A stretch of DNA of 64,000 bases from an uncultured Nitrososphaerales archaeon (GTDB lineage Archaea; Thermoproteota; Nitrososphaeria; Nitrososphaerales; Nitrososphaeraceae). The notes beneath the pieces are model-generated. The model saw only the letters and a program-made list of their open reading frames with translations, was not told where the DNA came from and did not search any database. This document shows positions 57,348 to 64,000 of this stretch, one piece after another (within the stretch, counting starts at the first letter, position 1; each line of letters starts with the position of its first letter). Made by a program: the position numbers and the translations under genes. The stretch spans positions 15,311-79,310 of the forward strand of contig CAVPXM010000050.1 of NCBI GenBank assembly GCA_963709405.1, written 5' to 3'.

Positions 57348-58409
57348 TTATCTCAAATTATTCTCTAAGCTATTTCTGACCTTGTCGAATATCTCCTGAG
57401 TAAAATTCTTTATAGTATCGTTCAAACCGTTAGTAAAGTTCCTACTAGCCTGAGCTAAAATAAAAGGATTGTAGTTAGCTGAAGGTTTTACAGTAAATAT
57501 ATTGGATTCTGATCTCACACTGTACTTACCAGATAATGCGTCTACTTTTATTATATAAGGTGTGCCTATCGGAGTATTTCCAGGTACTTTCCATGAATAT
57601 GAAACTTCACCATTTTTATCTGTATTACCACCAAATTGCTCTACAACTGCATTCATATTTTTAGAGGGAAGCGACGAAGATGGCAAGGATAATAAATCAA
57701 TAACTTGTCCACTCACCTTAGCTCCACTAATAGCTGAATTTGCAATATCTGGACTATGAACCTTTACAGTAATAGTCTGTATATCTCCTGCAGTGATTGC
57801 ATTTTTATCAACACCAATCGAGATTTGTAATGGCTGCGGCTGGGCTACATCAGTAGTAGCAGTATTATCATTATCATCTCTTGTTCCAATTAGATTTATA
57901 CTTGTCCATTTAGTCAAACTATTAGGATTGCCAAGACAGGTAATTTTTGCAGTTAATTTGTTAGATCCCTCTCTAATTGTAGTATAGATAGGATCTAGCT
58001 TGTATCTCCAAGTAGAATAATCACTGACTCCATTATTTCCTGTCGCGATAGTCTGTTGGTATGGCTTTATTCCATTCAAAAGTACTGAAACTCTACAATC
58101 CTTTGATCTGTCATATGATGAAGTGCCAGAGACAACGAGGTCATTATTGGTTGTTGGAATTTTTTGACCGCTAGATGGCGACAGGATTTTTATTGTGGGA
58201 ATTAAATTAACGTTAGTTACAACGGTCTTTAATTTAGTTGAAGACAAATTGATTGCAGTATTGGTATTTATTCTTGGAGGCATCATTTTTGTGATTATTG
58301 GGCTTATCGTTTTATGTGCATACGAAAAAGTGTAATTAGAAATAACAACAGAAACACAAATTCCAATAAGTGTCAAAATGATAAATATTAGTGATATCTT
58401 ATACCTCAA
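57348..58409 (-). CDS. Secreted multi-domain (Ig-like) protein, paralog of 35247-36434
   Basis: C.VSVLLNGIKPYQ, NKLTAKITC, SYSWK.P, PFILAQA. Confidence 0.75.
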   Translation of the reverse strand: MRYKISLIFIILTLIGICVSVVISNYTFSYAHKTISPIITKMMPPRINTNTAINLSSTKLKTVVTNVNLIPTIKILSPSSGQKIPTTNNDLVVSGTSSYDRSKDCRVSVLLNGIKPYQQTIATGNNGVSDYSTWRYKLDPIYTTIREGSNKLTAKITCLGNPNSLTKWTSINLIGTRDDNDNTATTDVAQPQPLQISIGVDKNAITAGDIQTITVKVHSPDIANSAISGAKVSGQVIDLLSLPSSSLPSKNMNAVVEQFGGNTDKNGEVSYSWKVPGNTPIGTPYIIKVDALSGKYSVRSESNIFTVKPSANYNPFILAQASRNFTNGLNDTIKNFTQEIFDKVRNSLENNLR

Positions 58410-58663
58410 TTTGAATAGAAAATAATTCTCAATGAAAATATAAATACATTCTTTAAAAGAAATACAGATTTAAGTTATAGAATCTGAGTAATCCTTTCTT
58501 CTCAGAATAAAAATAACGGCCATAAGTTCATTTAAACTAATCGGAGATTATTTATAGGCTACCTGTATCGATAGAATTACGAATCATAAATTTTTGTATT
58601 GTATTCAGAACCGCTTATTTCGTAAATTATAATGAAATGAGGCTTCGAAATATCTCGGTATTG

Positions 58664-60041
58664 TTAACTTGATCCAGGTACAATCCGATATATCGTACCA
58701 TCAAACGTGAGAACATATAGAAATCCATCAAGTCCAACTTCTATGTCTGTAATCGTGCCAAACCCATGTCCAAATATTACTGGCTTAAGATCTTCTGGGC
58801 TGTTTGCTACTTTACCTTCAAGTGGGCCGCTTAGCAAGAGACTAGTTCTATCCTTATTTAGCTTAAAGTTGTATAAATCACCAGTATTCACATTACCCAC
58901 AAATATTGTATTTTCATATTGTTTTCCCAGTTTGTCTGAATTTAAGAATTTTAACGCTGTTGGACCTACTGGCTGCTTCCAGACAAATTCAGGAGATCTG
59001 TACATTCCCTTGCCATCAAAGTTTATCAAATCTTGAGAAGGATTTTCTGCAACAGGACCTGGCGATGGGCCACTTACTTGCCATATCCCTTGGACGTGAT
59101 TCCAACCACTATTAAATCCAGGTTTAACCAAATTAATCTCATCACCATATGTAGGTCCGTTTTCAGTATCCCACAAATTGCCGGTGATAGGATCAAAATC
59201 CATACCGAAGCTATTTCTGATGCCATAGGCATAATATACTCTTGTGGGATCTAGAGTTCCTAGTGGGTCTGGTGCTACTGGTTGGCCATCTTTTGTAATT
59301 CTTAATATCCCACTGGTTCCATCCAGTTTTTTACCATTCTTGTTATTTTGAGCCTGGCCATCATGGCTTCCAACATCGCCTATGACGACATATATGTTAT
59401 TATCTGGTCCCATAATCACTTTGCCACCATTATGGTTACTTTCCACAAGAGGGTCAGGTGCATTGGATGGAAGATTTAGGCAGCTCTACAGGACTTATCA
59501 ATTGGCCATTAACTAATTCATATCTGTAAAGATGGTTACCTGCTGCAACACCTGGTTTTCCGCCAGATTCAGTGTAATAGAGGAAAACATAGGTATGTAC
59601 TTGACCACCACTATTATTACCAGCATTTGCATTTGCTTGTTTTGAAATTGCAATCCCAAGCAAGCCCCATTCTATCAAAGGAGTTGCTACATTAACATGC
59701 AAAAGTGTTTTTTTTAAAACATGACCATTTACAATTCTGAGTACATCTCCTGAATTTTTCTCTAAAACCAAAATATCATTGGGGCCTAGGAATGCCATAC
59801 TTGTTGGTATTTTAAGTCCTTTAAAGACCATCTCTGCTTTCAAATTCGGATCATTAATTGTAGGTCCTGCAACTGCAGGTACAGCTTTAGTATAAGCTGC
59901 ATTAGCATAGAAATAGGTATGTGGTATTAACATCATCGGGAACGAGGATGCAATAATAAGAATTGTAACAAAGAAGAATGAGAATAATAGTGACGACCGC
60001 ATTGATATTTTTGATCTTGATAAACCCAAAGATATTCGCAT
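58664..60041 (-). CDS. PQQ-dependent glucose/sorbosone dehydrogenase family, one frameshift near 59480
   Basis: PTSMAFLG, GLLGIA, HNGG, YGIRNSFG, DEINL, N.GW. Confidence 0.9.
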
Positions 60042-60059
60042 TGGAGCTGGTTCATTCTT

Positions 60060-60640
60060 TTAGAATTTTTCTGGCTATTTTTATGTTTTGTAACTATCTT
60101 TGTTAGTAAAGCTATTTGAAACAGACCTAACAGAACCCTGAAGTGATACTTCTACTAAGTCAAACTAGAGAGTCTGAAGGATTAGTACTTTTAAATTCCT
60201 TAGGTAGAATTATAATGTAAAAATTCACATTTTCTAAAATGTTAGAAGGGATATAATTGTTATTGTTATTCCCAGTTCTCTGAAGTCGATTCGGAATGGT
60301 CATATTAATTGAAGTATATACCATTCCTGACATTGAAAATTTGACTATTTGAACCGCTTCCGATAGAGGTTTTTGATGTTTAAACCATTAACAGTGATAT
60401 TAGTCGAAGTATAGCTTTTAGAAGAATAGTCGACTTGTTTTACTTCCAAATTTGTTTTATGATTTAGAAAATTTATCATGAAGATCGTACTCCTTCCAAC
60501 TTTTAGATCTATTGGATCCCAGCCCAGCTCTACATCATATAAACCATGATTAGTTTCTCTAGTTATTGATGACTGCTGATCAATATTAATATTATTTTGT
60601 AATGAACTTACTGTTATTATCTTGTTAATAGCATAACCTT
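60060..60640 (-). pseudogene. Degraded secreted protein gene
   Basis: Fragments such as GLYDVELGWDPIDLKVGRSTIFMINF...KQVDY. Confidence 0.35.
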
Positions 60641-61013
60641 CTTTTTACATGATGGTTAGATCCAGTGGACTGGTATTGTCCAAATCTTGTTTTATACGTA
60701 CTGTCTTTGAAAGATTTTTCAAATAGATCTCCTATGCATTAGCCTCTTTGATTGCAATCGGGATCTTGATATATCTGATAAGGCATTGCAACAGCTACAC
60801 CATAACGACCATTTGAAAGAGATTTAATTGGCATATTATTGACGCTATTTTTTGTAATGTTACTATTACACTAATATGGTATAGAATATGTAAATATTAC
60901 TGCTACCAGTATGGAAACTAGTGATATTGCTAACATGGCATATACTATAGTAACTATCTTTTTTTGCATGCCGCTACAGTTATTATTTATTTATTAGTGA
61001 CTGGTATAAATAA

Positions 61014-61178
61014 CTAATCTTTCGAAACTGCATACTCACTATAAATAGGCATGGAAGCAATGTGTCTTCTGTGACTAGTTACAGAATCAGAGATAAATTC
61101 ACATGTAAATCCAGTTTGCTCGCATAGATACCAATGTTTGCATTTATCACAATAGTGAACGTGATCAGGTTCATTCAT
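61014..61178 (-). CDS. 54-aa Cys/His metal-binding microprotein (not in ORF track)
   Basis: MNEPDHVHYCDKCKHWYLCEQTGFTCEFISDSVTSHRRH...; homologous copy at 55.8 kb. Confidence 0.65.
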   Translation of the reverse strand: MNEPDHVHYCDKCKHWYLCEQTGFTCEFISDSVTSHRRHIASMPIYSEYAVSKD

Positions 61179-61464
61179 TTTTAGCCGTTGCCACCAAGTA
61201 ATTTCGTTGTTTTATTTCGCATTCTGCACAGTACTACTTTATATCGTTTATATTCCGAGATTCTCTCAAATGAGTTTCTATATTTGTGGAGCAAATCTGT
61301 AATTCAGATTACAGCAATGATTATAATATTTATAATGTATTACTTAACTATATTAAGCGAGCATTCAAAGAATTCTTTAGGTAGAATTGATGATTGGAAG
61401 AAAAGAAAAATCGTTAGTTGCTTATCTACAATCAGATATACAATTTTTATATCGATCTATATCT

Positions 61465-61569
61465 ATATCTATATGCTCCAGCTTCATACGCACCAAGTGA
61501 CCATCCACCTTGAAGTACTAACGCTCCTTCCTTTTCTGGAATATGCAAATTCTTGTTCACACTCGACAT
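61465..61569 (-). pseudogene. Patatin-like phospholipase N-terminal remnant
   Basis: ALVLQGGWSLGAYEAGAY (glycine-rich patatin motif). Confidence 0.7.
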
Positions 61570-62369
61570 ATTACTGAGGTTAAGAGATTACCAAGAATAA
61601 AAAATCTTGTGTTAGCCTTGAAATTTTTTAGTCTGCTGGATTATTTGGAAAATGTTTAATTACTTATCATTTCCAGCAGGAAAAAATTTCTTTGCAATGT
61701 ACAAAATGCTATATATTGGAAAATTTTGCCAAAAGACCTCAAACAGAGGCATTGTACTATACACGTACTCGAACTTGCTTCATTTAGTTTATGCCACCAC
61801 CACTTACTCTTCAGGACATGAGTACTATGATCGCTGATCCTCTGTATCTCACATTATAATGCAACAAATTCTACTTCATTACCCTAGAAGGTTGCATATA
61901 AATTATTACTACATCAACCTTACAAAAGTATAATAAATATCAAAAAAGTCTTAAATAATTGATAAATGTATAATGGTAACAGTGTAATACGATAACAATA
62001 TATGGATGATACCCCCACAAACTCGTAATAAGCTTTCTTGATCAAGATAATTCAGAAATTTTACTTTTGGGCCAACACAGTCTTACCTTGCTACTTACTA
62101 GTTTCTTCTATTCATATTGAAAACCTGAAATAATCTTGCAATCTCTACCAAACTAGATATATTCAGAAATTTTAATTTGTTTTATCTCCTGCATTATATT
62201 TGCAGTAATGATAATGGCTTCTGTTTTTTTCGGCATAGACACACCATTGTTTAAGAAGGGTATCAGCATGTGCATTAGATAAAAAGTTCAGATACGATAC
62301 TTAACGTCACCGAGTTGACTTTGCAACAGGAGCAATACTTATAGCTGCTGCTAAACATATTATGTTAGC

Positions 62370-62847
62370 ATGTTAGTTAATGTAGAGATTATAGAAAATG
62401 CAAAGGAATCAATAGATCGCGCTTATGATATTTCGATCTCTGCAAAAGAAGAGTTATTCGTAGCATTTCCTACGATCAATTCTTTCCGACGGAACGTGCG
62501 CACCGGTATATCAATGCAGCTTCTAAATCAAGAATATTCAAAAAATAATGTTAGACTTAGAATACTTACACCTGTAGACAACCAAATTATGCAGATAATA
62601 AAGGAATTAAAAGAGGTTTCATTTGGACTTGATGTTAGAGCTTTAAATGAGAGGTACAGAAAGCAATAGAGTTGTCATTGTATTAGCTGATAGAAAAGAA
62701 TCTATTATAGTAGAGACAAAAGACGATACAAAGGACAATATGTATGAAGCAGCAGGATTATCGATATACTCTAATAATAAATCAATTGTTTCGTCATATC
62801 TAGCCATATTTGAAACTCTTTGGAAGCAATGCCAGGCACCTATTTGA
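62370..62847 (+). pseudogene. Histidine-kinase sensor-domain fragment
   Basis: PTINSFRR, IVETKDDTKDN.YEAAGLSIYSN, FETLWKQ; parallels the third domain of the 38.4-40.6 kb kinase. Confidence 0.75.
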
Positions 62848-63605
62848 ATTTCAATGCTATTACTGTGATGGCTCTAAGGCAAATAGCAAAGACAGCTACA
62901 AAAGCCATATAATAAACCAACTTGGACTAGCCGCCCCTGCTATCCTGGCAAAGCAGATTTGCAAAAGCTGAGGCTAAAGGCGGAAAAACCCACAATATGC
63001 ATTTTATGTAAAAATCAAATCTTGCGAGGCCTAGAAGAGTATTCAAAAACGTTGAATTCTATCTGATTTTCTTAAGCTATTCCGCCGGATAGAAGGACAG
63101 GTTAGGGGTCTTATAATACACGAGAGAAGGTATTCATTGGGCTCAGTATAGTATCGTGATGTTCTTAGACTTCCATGAGAAGAGAGCCAGACGTAAAGAC
63201 CTTGCTTAATCAGGGTATCATGAAATATGCGTTCCTATTAAGGAGATAACTATGCTTATTATTAAATACTATAATTGCCCCCAATTTACGTCCTTTGTTA
63301 TTGCATCTCTAATCTTGTTCGTGAGTGATACTTTCGGCATCGATTTGCGTTGTTTTGGTACTCTGTCTTGGCTCATCTGAATTTTCTTTTTCACCTGTTC
63401 ATCGCGCTTTTTTATATCTTGATAACTATATGAATTCAATCAGTACATGATGTCCATAGGAACATCGAAAAATTATCAAAATGGTAACCTCAATATAATG
63501 ATATATCTAGCCAGATTCTTGGACAGCAATACGGGTTTCTTTAGGTTCAAAAAAGACAACAAATCCTCCCATTAGTATACTACATTAAGGAATAGCTGTT
63601 CCTAA

Positions 63606-64000
63606 TTATGAACAATTGTAAATGAGACATTTACATATATTACAAAAGCGACTCGTCTTGAAATCTGTATCAGATAGTGAGTTGCTAAAATGCATTACAC
63701 ACTTTATATTGTTACAATGTTTCAACCCATAAGCATGTCCCAATTCATGTACTGCTTCCTTGACTATTCTTTGATAAAAGAGAGATTTGTCTGGGTTTAA
63801 TCCATAGAATTCTTGTCTTAACCTTGGAAGATAAATTGCTGATATGCTGCCATTTACATATGCTTCTCCAAACACAAAATTCAGACTACCAGAATATGCA
63901 TCAAAATCACACAAAGCCAGTATTTTTGTTGATTTAGATGGTTTTTGAATGAGAGCCATTGTAAAATATCATTTGATTTCCATTGATTTCTTTGCTTATC
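63606..64000 (-). CDS. amzA: Archaemetzincin zinc protease (5' end outside the window; frameshift near 63945)
   Basis: LNFVFGEA, KEAVHELGH..GL.HC....CVMHFSNS...TD.K...C..C. Confidence 0.92.

Noticed and set aside
61188-61577. 129-aa plus-strand ORF
   Set aside because: No recognisable pattern; overlaps the patatin remnant on the opposite strand

Overview
AT-rich archaeal DNA whose gene repertoire points to a soil ammonia-oxidising archaeon (Nitrososphaeraceae-like; inferred from the protein families, not from a marker gene). A few housekeeping or metabolic genes (RFC large subunit, glyoxylate reductase, FAD-linked oxidase, PPK2, USP, CoA-binding protein, archaemetzincin) sit in heavily reworked accessory DNA. 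That DNA holds an alkylation-repair cluster (MGMT, 2OG oxygenase, Ada-Zn remnant, AlkB), a GC-rich foreign patch at about 13.0-15.5 kb, three VOC genes, many secreted and Cys/His-rich microproteins, an apparently intact IS630, remnants of IS6, IS630, IS1595, IS5 and an integrase, and an orphan CRISPR mini-array cut by IS5. The most notable observations are not in the ORF track: (1) a 35-aa gene that is a signal peptide plus a C-terminal pentapeptide (GVALN), the layout of Phr/AimP-type signalling precursors; (2) a circularly permuted DUF72 gene, with a 25-bp direct repeat bounding a 2.5-kb segment that looks like an integrated circle; (3) the CRISPR mini-array with alternating repeat variants and a hairpin spacer; (4) a chaplin-like secreted peptide; (5) a family of His/Gly-rich secreted peptides. 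Many single-base frameshifts in otherwise clean genes may be long-read consensus errors. All calls are by eye; no database searches were run.
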